A stretch of 32,000 nucleotides of DNA. Origin: Variovorax ginsengisoli (GTDB lineage: Bacteria > Pseudomonadota > Gammaproteobacteria > Burkholderiales > Burkholderiaceae_C). A program made the position numbers and the translations under genes. The notes under the pieces were generated by a model that saw only the letters and a program-made list of their open reading frames with translations, searched no databases and was not told where the DNA came from. This document shows positions 17,562-26,921 of this stretch, in pieces (the stretch's first letter is position 1; each line of letters starts with the position of its first letter). The stretch covers positions 1 to 32,000 of the forward strand of contig NZ_JAUJZH010000050.1 of NCBI RefSeq assembly GCF_030486595.1, in the 5' to 3' direction.

Positions 17562-17746
17562 TCAGGGCTTGACCTTGATCAACTGGCTCAACACATCGGC
17601 CCTCCGGCTCCCGCTTCCCCGACGTAGCCGGCGAGCAGCGCGACCGGTGTGGCGGCGCCGACCGCGGGCGCGGCGACGATGGCGGCCATCCAGGCCGCGG
17701 TGGCGAAGCGCCGGCATGCGGGCCGGCGCGTTTTCAACAAGCTCAT
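17562..17746 (-). pseudogene. DUF1924-like cytochrome c remnant (internal deletion)
   Basis: AAGGAG then ATG at 17746 gives MSLLKTRRPACRRFATAAWMAAIVAAPAVGAATPVALLAGYVGEAGAGG, a signal peptide plus N-terminus. The ORF stops at 17588. In the adjacent frame the sequence reads ADVLSQLIKVKP* (stop at 17562), which looks like the extreme C-terminus. The haem-binding core (CxxCH) is missing. Confidence 0.5.
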
Positions 17747-17783
17747 GGCAACTCCTTGGATGCCATCGTGTCGTCGCGGTCTT

Positions 17784-17800
17784 AGCGTTTTCTTAACGCT
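17784..17800. promoter_or_regulatory. inverted repeat AGCGTT-N5-AACGCT in the divergent promoter region
   Basis: Read directly. It lies in a relatively AT-rich patch between the cytochrome/two-component operon (-) and the ABC efflux operon (+). Confidence 0.3.
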
Positions 17801-17851
17801 GCGTCCGCGATCCGGCCAACTCGGTTGGAACGCCTGCCCAGCCTGCCGTCG

Positions 17852-17867
17852 CTTGACCCAGGTCAAG
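17852..17867. promoter_or_regulatory. 16-bp palindrome CTTGACC-CA-GGTCAAG, candidate operator overlapping a -35-like TTGACC
   Basis: Perfect 7-bp arms, about 33 nt upstream of the ABC ATPase ATG at 17900. Confidence 0.35.
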
Positions 17868-17899
17868 GGCCGCTGTCGCGCCGCACGGGAACATCGGCC

Positions 17900-18619
<720 letters not shown>

Positions 18620-18626
18620 GCCGGCC

Positions 18627-21017
18627 ATGAAGACACTGGACCGCAAGCTGCTGCGCGACCTGCGGGCGATGTGGAGCCAGGCGCTCACGATCGCGCTCGT
18701 GGTGGCCAGCGGCGTGGGCGGCTTCCTCACGAGTCTCTCGGCCGTCGATTCGCTGGCCGTGGCGCGCGACACCTTCTACGCCGAGGGACGCTTCGCGGAC
18801 GTGTTCGCCACGGTCAAGCGCGCGCCGCTGGCGCTGGCCGAACAGATTCGCGCCCTGCCGGGCGTGGCCGACGTGCAGCCGACGATCGAGGAGGTGGTGC
18901 GCATCGACATCGCCGGCAGCAGCGACCCCGTGCTGGGGCAGCTGATCGGCGTCGATCGGGTCCAGCCGCCGCGCCTGAACCGGGTCGCCATCGCCCAGGG
19001 CCGTGGCTTGTTCGACCAGACGGCCATCGAAGAGCCCGTGCGCGACACGATCGACGCGCTGGTATCGCAGGGTTTTGCGCAGGCGCGCGGCCTGCGGCCC
19101 GGCGACTCGGTGGGCGCCCTGGTCAATGGCCGCAAGCGTCGCCTGCACATCGTCGGGCTCGCCGTGTCGCCCGAGTTCGTCTTCGCCGGGCTCTGGGGCA
19201 TCCCGGACCAGCGCGGCTTCGGGATCTTCTGGGTCGATCAGCAGGCGCTGGCCGCCGCCTACGACATGGACGGCGCCTTCAACACGCTCGCCGTGCGACT
19301 CGCCCCCGAAGGTGCGCGCGGCATCGCCGAAGCCGAGGTCATCGACGCCCTCGCGCAGCCGCTGGCACGCTATGGCGGCGCCACGCCGCGCGGGCGCATC
19401 GACCAGACCTCGCACGCCATGCTGGACAACGAGATCAAGGAACAGCGCGTGCTCGGCACGGTGCTGCCATCGATCTTCCTCGGCGTGGCGGCCTTTCTGC
19501 TGAACGTCGTGATCTCCAGGATCGTCGCCACGCAGCGCGAGCAGATCGCCGCGCTGAAGGCGCTCGGCTACGCGAACGCGGCCATCGCGGCGCACTACCT
19601 GAAGCTGGTGCTGCTGATCGTCATGCTGGGCATCGCGCTCGGCATCGTGGTCGGGGACTGGCTGGGGGCCGCGTTCGTCGGCCTGTATGCGGAAGTCTTC
19701 CATTTCGCGCATTTCGAGCACCGCATGGATCCGAAGCTCGTGCTGCTGGCCGGGGGCCTGACCCTGGGCGCCGGCGTGCTGGGCACCCTCTCCGCGATCC
19801 TTGCCACGGTTCGACTGACGCCGGCCGAGGCCATGCGGCCGCCGGCGCCGGGTCGCTTTCGGCGCACGCTGGCCGAGCGTCTTGGCGTCACCGGCCTGAG
19901 CCCGGCGCTGCGAATGATCCTGCGCAACATGGAACGCAAGCCGCTGCGCACCGGCCTGTCGATCGGCGGCATCGCCGCGGCACTGGCCATCGTCGTGATG
20001 GGAAACTTCTTTCGCGACGCCATCGAGGTGATCGTCGACAGCACCTTCGGCCTGTCGATGCGCAGCGACGTGTCGGTGTGGATGACCGAGCCGGCCGACG
20101 CCGCCATCGCGTTGCAGTTCGCGCGCCTGCCCGGCGTGCTGGCCCATGAGTCATTGCGCGACGTTCAGGCCACCCTCGTCAACGGGCCACGGCGCCAGCG
20201 GGTGATGATCCGCGGCGGCCCGGTGCGCAGCGAACTGTTGCGCATCATCGACGTCGACGGCCGGCAGACCCTGCCGAGCGGCGACGGCATCGTCCTGACC
20301 GACCGCCTAGCCGACAAGCTCGGGCTGCGCGTGGGCGATGCGGTGCACATCGAGGTGCAGGAGGGCCGCCGCAGCGAACTCACACTGTCGGTGGAGGCGA
20401 CGGTGCGCGAAATGATGGGCCTGAACGCCTACATGAACCGCACCGCGCTGAACCGTGCGCTGGGCGAGGGCGATGTGGCGACCGGCTTCGTGCTGGCGCT
20501 CGAACGCGGCAGCGAAGCCCGCTTTCTTCAGGCCACGCAGGGCCTCCCGCGCGCGGCGGGTGCGTTCAGCAAGGCGACAATGCTGCGCAACATGCGGGAG
20601 GTGACGGCGCGCAACATCCTCATCATGAGCACGGTGCTGACGCTGTTCGCCGTCGTCATCGCTGTCGGCGTGGTCTACAACAACGTGCGCATCGCGCTCG
20701 CGGAGCGCGCCTGGGAGCTGGCGAGCCTGCGGGTGCTCGGCTTCACGCGGGCGGAAGTTTCGGGCCTGCTGCTGGGCGAGCTGGCGATCGGCATCGTCGT
20801 CGCCCTGCCGCTGGGCATGCTCGGCGGCTACGGGCTCGTCCACCTCATCACGCGCATGTTGAAATCGGACCAGTTCTTCTTTCCGGTCGCGATCCAGCCG
20901 CGCACCTATGCGCTGGCGGCGCTGGCTGTCCTCGTCGCCGCGGTCGCGAGCGCGCTGGTTGTCCGGCGCCGCATCGACCGGCTCGACATGGTTGCTGCCT
21001 TGAAGACGCGGGAGTGA
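18627..21017 (+). CDS. ABC transporter permease with two FtsX domains
   Basis: 796 aa. It has an N-terminal TM helix, a large periplasmic domain and a 3-TM FtsX block (ALKALGY...), then a second periplasmic domain and FtsX block (LRVLGFT...). It starts 8 nt after the ATPase stop. Confidence 0.9.
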   Translation: MKTLDRKLLRDLRAMWSQALTIALVVASGVGGFLTSLSAVDSLAVARDTFYAEGRFADVFATVKRAPLALAEQIRALPGVADVQPTIEEVVRIDIAGSSDPVLGQLIGVDRVQPPRLNRVAIAQGRGLFDQTAIEEPVRDTIDALVSQGFAQARGLRPGDSVGALVNGRKRRLHIVGLAVSPEFVFAGLWGIPDQRGFGIFWVDQQALAAAYDMDGAFNTLAVRLAPEGARGIAEAEVIDALAQPLARYGGATPRGRIDQTSHAMLDNEIKEQRVLGTVLPSIFLGVAAFLLNVVISRIVATQREQIAALKALGYANAAIAAHYLKLVLLIVMLGIALGIVVGDWLGAAFVGLYAEVFHFAHFEHRMDPKLVLLAGGLTLGAGVLGTLSAILATVRLTPAEAMRPPAPGRFRRTLAERLGVTGLSPALRMILRNMERKPLRTGLSIGGIAAALAIVVMGNFFRDAIEVIVDSTFGLSMRSDVSVWMTEPADAAIALQFARLPGVLAHESLRDVQATLVNGPRRQRVMIRGGPVRSELLRIIDVDGRQTLPSGDGIVLTDRLADKLGLRVGDAVHIEVQEGRRSELTLSVEATVREMMGLNAYMNRTALNRALGEGDVATGFVLALERGSEARFLQATQGLPRAAGAFSKATMLRNMREVTARNILIMSTVLTLFAVVIAVGVVYNNVRIALAERAWELASLRVLGFTRAEVSGLLLGELAIGIVVALPLGMLGGYGLVHLITRMLKSDQFFFPVAIQPRTYALAALAVLVAAVASALVVRRRIDRLDMVAALKTRE

Positions 21018-21024
21018 GCGTGAG

Positions 21025-22239
21025 ATGAAGCGCAATACATTGGCCATGATGGTGGGTGCTGGCGTCGCGCTGGCGGGGCTGCTCGCCTGGGCGTTCGCGC
21101 CGCGCCCCGTCGCAGTCGAAGTGGCAACCGCCGCAGCCGGGCCCTATGAGCAGTCCATTGTCGAAGACGCCCGCACACGGCTGCGCGACCGCTATGTCAT
21201 CACCTCGCCATTGGCCGGACGGCTGGCCCGCATCGCCTTGCGGGAGGGTGACAGAGTTTCTGCCGGCGACACGGTCGCGACGCTGACGCCCATCCTCTCG
21301 CCGATGCTGGACGAGCGTGCTCGCCGCGAGCAGAGCGCCCGCGTGGAGGTCGCCGAGGCCATGCTGCAACGCGCCGATGCCACCGTGCAGCGCGCACGCG
21401 TCGGACTGGAGTCGGCACGCACGGAACTGCGTCGCTCCGAACAGCTGGCACGGGAGAACTTCATCGCGCCGGCCAAGGCGGAGTCCGACCGACTGTCGGC
21501 GCAGGCGGCGCAGAAGGACGTCGAGGCGGCGCTCCAGGCCCGCCACGCTGCCACGCACGAACTGGAGACCGCGCGCGCAGCGCTGATGGCGGCGCAAAGC
21601 CCGTCCGGTCAGGTCGCCAGCTTTCCGCTGCGCTCCCCGGTGGCCGGGCAGGTGCTCAAGGTGGTGCAGCCCAGCGAGACCACCTTGGCCCTGGGGGCGC
21701 CGGTGCTCGAGGTCGGCGACATCTCGCAATTGGAGATCGTCACCGAGCTGCTGACGACCGACGCCGTGCAGACGCGGGTTGGCGCCCCGGTGCGCATCGA
21801 GCGCTGGGGCTCGCCCGGCACGCTCGAAGGCCGGGTGCGGCGCATCGAGCCGGCAGCGTTCACCAAGGTCTCGGCCCTGGGCATCGAGGAGCAGCGCGTC
21901 AACGTCCTGATCGACATCAGCAGCGCGCCGTCGTCGTGGCAAGCGCTGGGCGACGGCTACCGCGTGGGCGTGCGCATCGTGACGGTGGCCCAGTCTTCGG
22001 TGCTGCGGGTGCCGGTGAGCGCGGTGTTCCCCCTGCCGGGCGAAGGCATGGCCGTGTTCGTCGTCGAGGGAGGTCGGGCGCGGCTCGTGCCGGTGGAGAT
22101 CGGCGGGCGCAACGGGGCCGAAGCCTGGGTGCTCGGGGGCATCCAGGCGGGCGCGGAGGTGATCGTCTATCCGCCGGCGGCGCTGCGCGACGGCGCCCGC
22201 GTGAAGAAGCGCAGCGTTCCGCTGGTGCAACAGGGCTGA
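21025..22239 (+). CDS. efflux periplasmic adaptor (HlyD/MFP family)
   Basis: 404 aa with an N-terminal TM anchor, a lipoyl-like motif (ITSPLAGRLARIALREGDRVSAGD), a long coiled-coil hairpin, a second lipoyl half (LRSPVAGQVLKV) and a beta-barrel domain. Confidence 0.88.
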   Translation: MKRNTLAMMVGAGVALAGLLAWAFAPRPVAVEVATAAAGPYEQSIVEDARTRLRDRYVITSPLAGRLARIALREGDRVSAGDTVATLTPILSPMLDERARREQSARVEVAEAMLQRADATVQRARVGLESARTELRRSEQLARENFIAPAKAESDRLSAQAAQKDVEAALQARHAATHELETARAALMAAQSPSGQVASFPLRSPVAGQVLKVVQPSETTLALGAPVLEVGDISQLEIVTELLTTDAVQTRVGAPVRIERWGSPGTLEGRVRRIEPAAFTKVSALGIEEQRVNVLIDISSAPSSWQALGDGYRVGVRIVTVAQSSVLRVPVSAVFPLPGEGMAVFVVEGGRARLVPVEIGGRNGAEAWVLGGIQAGAEVIVYPPAALRDGARVKKRSVPLVQQG

Positions 22240-22287
22240 GCCGCGGGCCTACACTTTGCAGATCAACAACAACCGGAGGTTCGTTCC

Positions 22288-22716
22288 ATGAAGATCCTAG
22301 TCGCCGTCGATGGGTCCAAGAATTCGCTGCGCGCGGTCAAGTACGCGGCCAGGCTCGCGCATTTGCTGCGCACGGCCTCGAACAAGATCACGCTGATCAG
22401 CGTCCACGACGACACGGGCTTGCGCCATGCCAAGGCCTTCGTCGGCAGCGCGGAAGTCGCGGACTATCTGCGCGAACTCAGCGAGAAGGAGCTCAAGCCG
22501 GCCCGCAAGCTGCTGGATGCCGATGGCATCGGCCACGACATGGAGATCCGCACGGGCCACGTGGCGCAGGAGATCGTAGCTTGCGCCAACAAGGGCAAGT
22601 TCGACATGATCGTGCTGGGCTCGAAGGGCCGCAGTGCGGTGGCCGACCTGCTCATCGGCTCCGTGGCGCAACGTGTGCTCGCCACCGCGAAGCAGCCCGT
22701 CGTGGTCGTGAAGTAG
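22288..22716 (+). CDS. universal stress protein (UspA family)
   Basis: 142 aa: MKILVAVDGS, the ATP-binding-type motif MIVLGSKGRSAVADLLIGSVAQRV, and GGAGG 8 nt upstream. Confidence 0.88.
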   Translation: MKILVAVDGSKNSLRAVKYAARLAHLLRTASNKITLISVHDDTGLRHAKAFVGSAEVADYLRELSEKELKPARKLLDADGIGHDMEIRTGHVAQEIVACANKGKFDMIVLGSKGRSAVADLLIGSVAQRVLATAKQPVVVVK

Positions 22717-22735
22717 CTGTCCCACGAGGGACGCC

Positions 22736-23194
22736 ATGAAGTTCGACGAGCTGTCCGACGACCCCGAGGACGCCCGGTACACCGTCGAGGAACGCGCGAG
22801 CGCCGCTTCGCTCAGCACCTGGGTCAGCGTCGGCGTCAACCTGCTGCTCCCCGTCACCCAGGTGACTGTGGGTCTCATGTCCAAGTCGCAGGGCCCCGTG
22901 GCCGATGGCATTCATTCGCTGTCGGATCTCGTCGCCGATTTCGTGCTCACCGAAACCGAAGGCGTGCGCAACGTGCACGACGTGCGGACCCGCAAGATGG
23001 GCGACATGATCGTGGTAGACGCGCACCTCGAAGTGGATGCCGCCATCAGCGTCGAGCGAGGCCACGACATCGCGGTCGCGGCCCGACAGCGGGTGCTGCA
23101 ACGGCACCGCGTGCTCAACCTCATGACGCATGTCGACCCATGGCGCAGGCCGGACCTGGACCACGCGGCGCCGGCGGTGCAGGCGGATCCATGA
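22736..23194 (+). CDS. cation diffusion facilitator (CDF) family protein lacking TM3-TM6 (in-frame internal deletion or mini-CDF)
   Basis: 152-aa intact ORF. Residues 1-71 cover CDF TM1 and TM2, including the metal-site motif ADGIHSLSDLVAD. From codon 72 (position 22949) the sequence continues directly into the C-terminal cytoplasmic domain (EGVRNVHDVRTRKMGDMIVVDAHLEVD...GHDIA...THVDP). The stop overlaps the ATPase start (ATGA at 23191-23194). Confidence 0.7.
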   Translation: MKFDELSDDPEDARYTVEERASAASLSTWVSVGVNLLLPVTQVTVGLMSKSQGPVADGIHSLSDLVADFVLTETEGVRNVHDVRTRKMGDMIVVDAHLEVDAAISVERGHDIAVAARQRVLQRHRVLNLMTHVDPWRRPDLDHAAPAVQADP

Positions 23195-25755
23195 ACAGGG
23201 ACCCGCCCGCGTCGGCGACTTCGTCCATCGCAGGCGGCCTGGGGGAGGATGAGGCGGCGCGGCGCCTGCAACGCGACGGCCCGAACGAGCTGCCGGCCTC
23301 GCGCCCGCGCAGCGTTCTCAGGCTGGCGCGCGAGGTGGCGTCCGAGCCGATGTTCCTGCTGCTCGTGGCATGCGGGGCGATCTACATGCTGATCGGCGAT
23401 GCCCAGGAAGCCCTGATGCTGCTCGGGTTCGTCTTCGTGGTCATGGGCATCAGCTTCTTCCAGCAGCGACGCAGCGAGCGGGCGCTCGACGCGTTGCGCG
23501 ACCTCTCCAGCCCCCAGGCCCTGGTCTTTCGAGATGCGATGGAGCGCCGCATCGCCGCGCGCGAGTTGGTGGTGGGCGACGTGGTGCTGCTGGCGGAAGG
23601 CGATCGTGTTCCCGCCGACATGGATCTCGTCGAAGCATCCAACCTCGCGATCGACGAATCGCTGCTGACCGGCGAATCCATGCCGGCGGCGAAGGAGGCC
23701 GCGCTGTCGGGGCCGGCGGCCGACACCGCGAGGGCCTTCTCCGGCACGCTGGTGACGCGTGGCGTCGGGCGTGGCCGCGTGACGGCCACTGGCGGGCGCA
23801 GCGCGCTGGGGCGCATCGGTGAGTCGCTCGCAGGGATCGCGGTCGAGTCCACGCCCATCCAGCAGGAGACGCGCCGCGTGGTCAAGCAGGTGGCCGCCGT
23901 CGGCCTGGCGCTGGCCGGCGTACTCGCCGTTGCCTACGGCGCCACGCGAGGCGACTGGCTGCATGGCGTGCTGGCAGGGCTCACATTCGCGATGGCCATC
24001 CTGCCGGAAGAGCTCCCGGTTATCCTCACGCTCTTCCTGGGCCTGGGTGCGTGGAGGCTGGCGCGCGAGCAGGTCCTGGCCCGCAGCATTCCCGCCATCG
24101 AGCGGCTCGGCGCCACCACCGTGCTGTGCGTGGACAAGACCGGCACCCTGACCGCCAACCGGATGACCGTGCAACGACTGTGGTCCGAGGAGGCGGTCTA
24201 CGACCGGTCGGCATCGGCGGGTCATTTGCTCCAGGAAGAATTGCATGGCCTCCTCGAATACGCGGTCCTCGCGAGCCATCGCCGGGCCTTCGACCCTATG
24301 GAGTCCGCCATCGCCGCCGCCGGACAGCAACTGCTTGCAGGCACGGAGCACCTGCATGCCGAATGGACGCTCATCGACGACTATCCTCTGTCGCGCGAGA
24401 TGCTCGCCATGTCGCGCGTCTGGCAGTCGCCGGACCGGCGCGACCGGCTCATCGCGGCCAAGGGCGCGCCCGAGGCCATCGTCGACCTCTGCCACATGGA
24501 GTCCCCTCAGGCCGCGAGCGTGGCCGCGCAAGTGCGGTCGATGGCGCGAGACGGCCTGCGCGTGCTCGGCGTGGCGCAAGCCACGTTCGGGGCGGAATCG
24601 TTGCCCGAACTGCAGCACGACTTCGAATTCCGTTTTCTCGGGCTTGTGGGACTGGAAGACCCCGTGCGGCCCGACGTGCCCCGGGCGATCGCCGAATGCC
24701 GAGAGGCCGGCATCCGTGTCGTGATGATGACGGGCGACCATTCGGCGACGGCCATCTCCGTGGCGCGCCAGGCCGGCCTGAGCGTCGATGCGCCGGTCAT
24801 CACCGGGATCGAGCTGGCCGCGCTGTCCGATGCGCAGCTCCAGGCGCGACTCGACGGCACGAACATCTTTTCTCGCGTGCAGCCCGACCAGAAATTGCGG
24901 CTCGTCCGGGCCTTTGGCGCGCGTGGCGACGTGGTGGGCATGACCGGCGACGGGGTCAACGACGCCCCCGCGCTGAAGGCGGCCGACATCGGCGTGGCGA
25001 TGGGGGCCCGCGGCACCGAGGTGGCGCGCCAAGCGGCTGCGCTGGTCCTGATGAACGATGACTTCGCCTCGCTGGTGACGGCGGTGCGCTACGGGCGCCG
25101 CGTGTTCGCGAACCTGCGCAACGCGATCGTCTTCGTGGTGGCCGCGCACGTGCCGATCGTCGGCCTGTCAGTGATCCCGGTGTTGCTGGGCTGGCCGATG
25201 CTGCTGATGCCGGTTCATATTCTGTTCCTGCAGCTGATCATCGACCCGGCTTGCTCCGTGGTGTTCGAGGCCCAGCCGCTGGAGAGCGATGCCATGAAGA
25301 CGCCCCCGCGCCGTGCGGACCAGCGCCTCTTCGATGGGGTCGTTCTGATCCGCGGCCTTTGGCAGGGCATCGGCTTGCTGGCATTGTTGCTCGGTGTCTA
25401 CGCCGGCACCAGGTATGTCGCATCGACGGAAGTCGACCGTGACGACCTGGCGCGGACGTTGACTTTCGTGGTCCTCGTCTTGTCCAACTTGGCGCTGATC
25501 CAGACCAATCGTTCTTGGGGCCGAAGCGCAGGGAGCGGCAATCCCGAGTCCAACCGACAGTTCGCCTGGATCGCCATGGGCACGATCATGCTGCTGGGCA
25601 GCGTGCTCGCTGTCCCGGAGATCAGTCGGCTGTTCTCGTTCGCACAACCGTCGCTGCTACTGCTGTTGGCGGCGCTGGGTGCGTCGACCCTGGCCTGGCT
25701 TTGGTTTGAATGCGTCAAGTGGGGACTGCATCAGCGTCTGTGGCGCGTCGGGTGA
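23191..25755 (+). CDS. cation-transporting P-type ATPase (P2-like, Ca2+/Mg2+-type)
   Basis: ATG at 23191. It has an N-terminal cation-ATPase domain (GLGEDEAARRLQRDGPNEL) and the motifs TGES, CVDKTGTLT, KGAPE, MMTGDH and GDGVNDAPALK, followed by C-terminal TM helices. 854 aa. Confidence 0.92.
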   Translation: MNRDPPASATSSIAGGLGEDEAARRLQRDGPNELPASRPRSVLRLAREVASEPMFLLLVACGAIYMLIGDAQEALMLLGFVFVVMGISFFQQRRSERALDALRDLSSPQALVFRDAMERRIAARELVVGDVVLLAEGDRVPADMDLVEASNLAIDESLLTGESMPAAKEAALSGPAADTARAFSGTLVTRGVGRGRVTATGGRSALGRIGESLAGIAVESTPIQQETRRVVKQVAAVGLALAGVLAVAYGATRGDWLHGVLAGLTFAMAILPEELPVILTLFLGLGAWRLAREQVLARSIPAIERLGATTVLCVDKTGTLTANRMTVQRLWSEEAVYDRSASAGHLLQEELHGLLEYAVLASHRRAFDPMESAIAAAGQQLLAGTEHLHAEWTLIDDYPLSREMLAMSRVWQSPDRRDRLIAAKGAPEAIVDLCHMESPQAASVAAQVRSMARDGLRVLGVAQATFGAESLPELQHDFEFRFLGLVGLEDPVRPDVPRAIAECREAGIRVVMMTGDHSATAISVARQAGLSVDAPVITGIELAALSDAQLQARLDGTNIFSRVQPDQKLRLVRAFGARGDVVGMTGDGVNDAPALKAADIGVAMGARGTEVARQAAALVLMNDDFASLVTAVRYGRRVFANLRNAIVFVVAAHVPIVGLSVIPVLLGWPMLLMPVHILFLQLIIDPACSVVFEAQPLESDAMKTPPRRADQRLFDGVVLIRGLWQGIGLLALLLGVYAGTRYVASTEVDRDDLARTLTFVVLVLSNLALIQTNRSWGRSAGSGNPESNRQFAWIAMGTIMLLGSVLAVPEISRLFSFAQPSLLLLLAALGASTLAWLWFECVKWGLHQRLWRVG

Positions 25756-25921
25756 TGGGCCATGCAAGCCGGAAGTCATCCGAACTCCTGGTTGGCATGG
25801 CGGCCTTATTCACACGTAGCGCTGGGTGGTGCGAAATTCCCCTGGACCTGTGGCAAAGCACCCGGGCGGTCGACCGGGGGGGCGGAAGCGCCCAAGGGCG
25901 GCGAGTGATGAACGGCGCCGC

Positions 25922-26818
25922 TCAGCCACCGACAGCCGTATTCCAGAAGGCGTTGGCAGCTTTCCCCAAAAGCTCGCTGTCGCGGTAGAGCCTGATTTCC
26001 AGCGGGACGGCCCACTCGCTATTGGCTGCAGCGACCAGGCGGCCCTGGCCAATGTCATCCTCTACAAGCGTCTGCGGCAGCCACGCGATGTCCCTGCCAT
26101 CGAGCGCCATCGTCCGCAGAACCGAGGCCAGGTGCGCGGTGAAAACGATTTGGACCCCCAGCGCTTCCAGCCTGCGCCCCAGCACGGCGCGGGTGATGCG
26201 TCCCAATCCCGATTCCTCCGTGTACTGGAGCACGGGGACCGCACCCCCGCCGATCCGCAGATGGTGACGCGCGCCACCACCTTCTTTTGGCGCCGACACA
26301 GCGACCAGGACATCCTCGCCAATCCGAGCCGAGCTGTAGGGCTCTGCATCCAGCGCGCCTGGTGCCTTGCTGTGCGCGTGACTCAGCACGAACTGAACCT
26401 TGCTCTGCAACATCAGTGCTTCGCAACGCTCGAGCACATCGGACATCAGCTGCACGGGGCCGAGCGTCGTATGCGATTCGAGGCTGCGCAACCATCGCGG
26501 CAGGAATGTGAACGACAGAGCGTGCGTGGACGCGATTCGCATAGTGACCGAGCTTGCCTCGGCGATCTTCTTGGCGTCGCCGGGCACCCGCGCCACCCTG
26601 GCGTTCAATTCCTGGGCCACGCCGGCGAACCACTCTCCGACTTCGGTCAGCGTAGCGGGCTGCGAACTGCGGTCGAACAGGTCGGCCCCGATCCATTCCT
26701 CCAGTGCGCGAATGCGCCGGCTGAAGGCCGGTTGCGAGCTGTGGCGGTCATCTGCCGCACGCGAGAAATTCCCCGTGGCCGCCAGCGCCAGGAAGTCATC
26801 CAGCCAGATCAGATTCAT
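25922..26818 (-). CDS. LysR-family transcriptional regulator
   Basis: ATG at 26818. The N-terminal wHTH reads MNLIWLDDFLALAATGNFSRAADDRHSSQPAFSRRIRALEEWIG, followed by a LysR substrate-binding fold. It is divergent from the dehydratase gene. The ORF-track start at 26887 is an extension. Confidence 0.9.
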   Translation of the reverse strand: MNLIWLDDFLALAATGNFSRAADDRHSSQPAFSRRIRALEEWIGADLFDRSSQPATLTEVGEWFAGVAQELNARVARVPGDAKKIAEASSVTMRIASTHALSFTFLPRWLRSLESHTTLGPVQLMSDVLERCEALMLQSKVQFVLSHAHSKAPGALDAEPYSSARIGEDVLVAVSAPKEGGGARHHLRIGGGAVPVLQYTEESGLGRITRAVLGRRLEALGVQIVFTAHLASVLRTMALDGRDIAWLPQTLVEDDIGQGRLVAAANSEWAVPLEIRLYRDSELLGKAANAFWNTAVGG

Positions 26819-26869
26819 AGCGGTTCGTCCAGCGCATAGAAGTTGAGAAATTGAACATTGGCCGAAAAA

Positions 26870-26884
26870 GTCGGCGTCGCCGAC
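26870..26884. promoter_or_regulatory. 15-bp palindrome GTCGGCG-T-CGCCGAC in the LysR/dehydratase divergent intergenic region
   Basis: Read directly. It lies 37 nt upstream of the dehydratase ATG. An AT-richer stretch (26835-26869) next to it is the likely promoter and LysR-box region. Confidence 0.3.
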
Positions 26885-26921
26885 CATTCAGTCTCCCCTT
26901 CAAACCCACTCGGAGACAACC

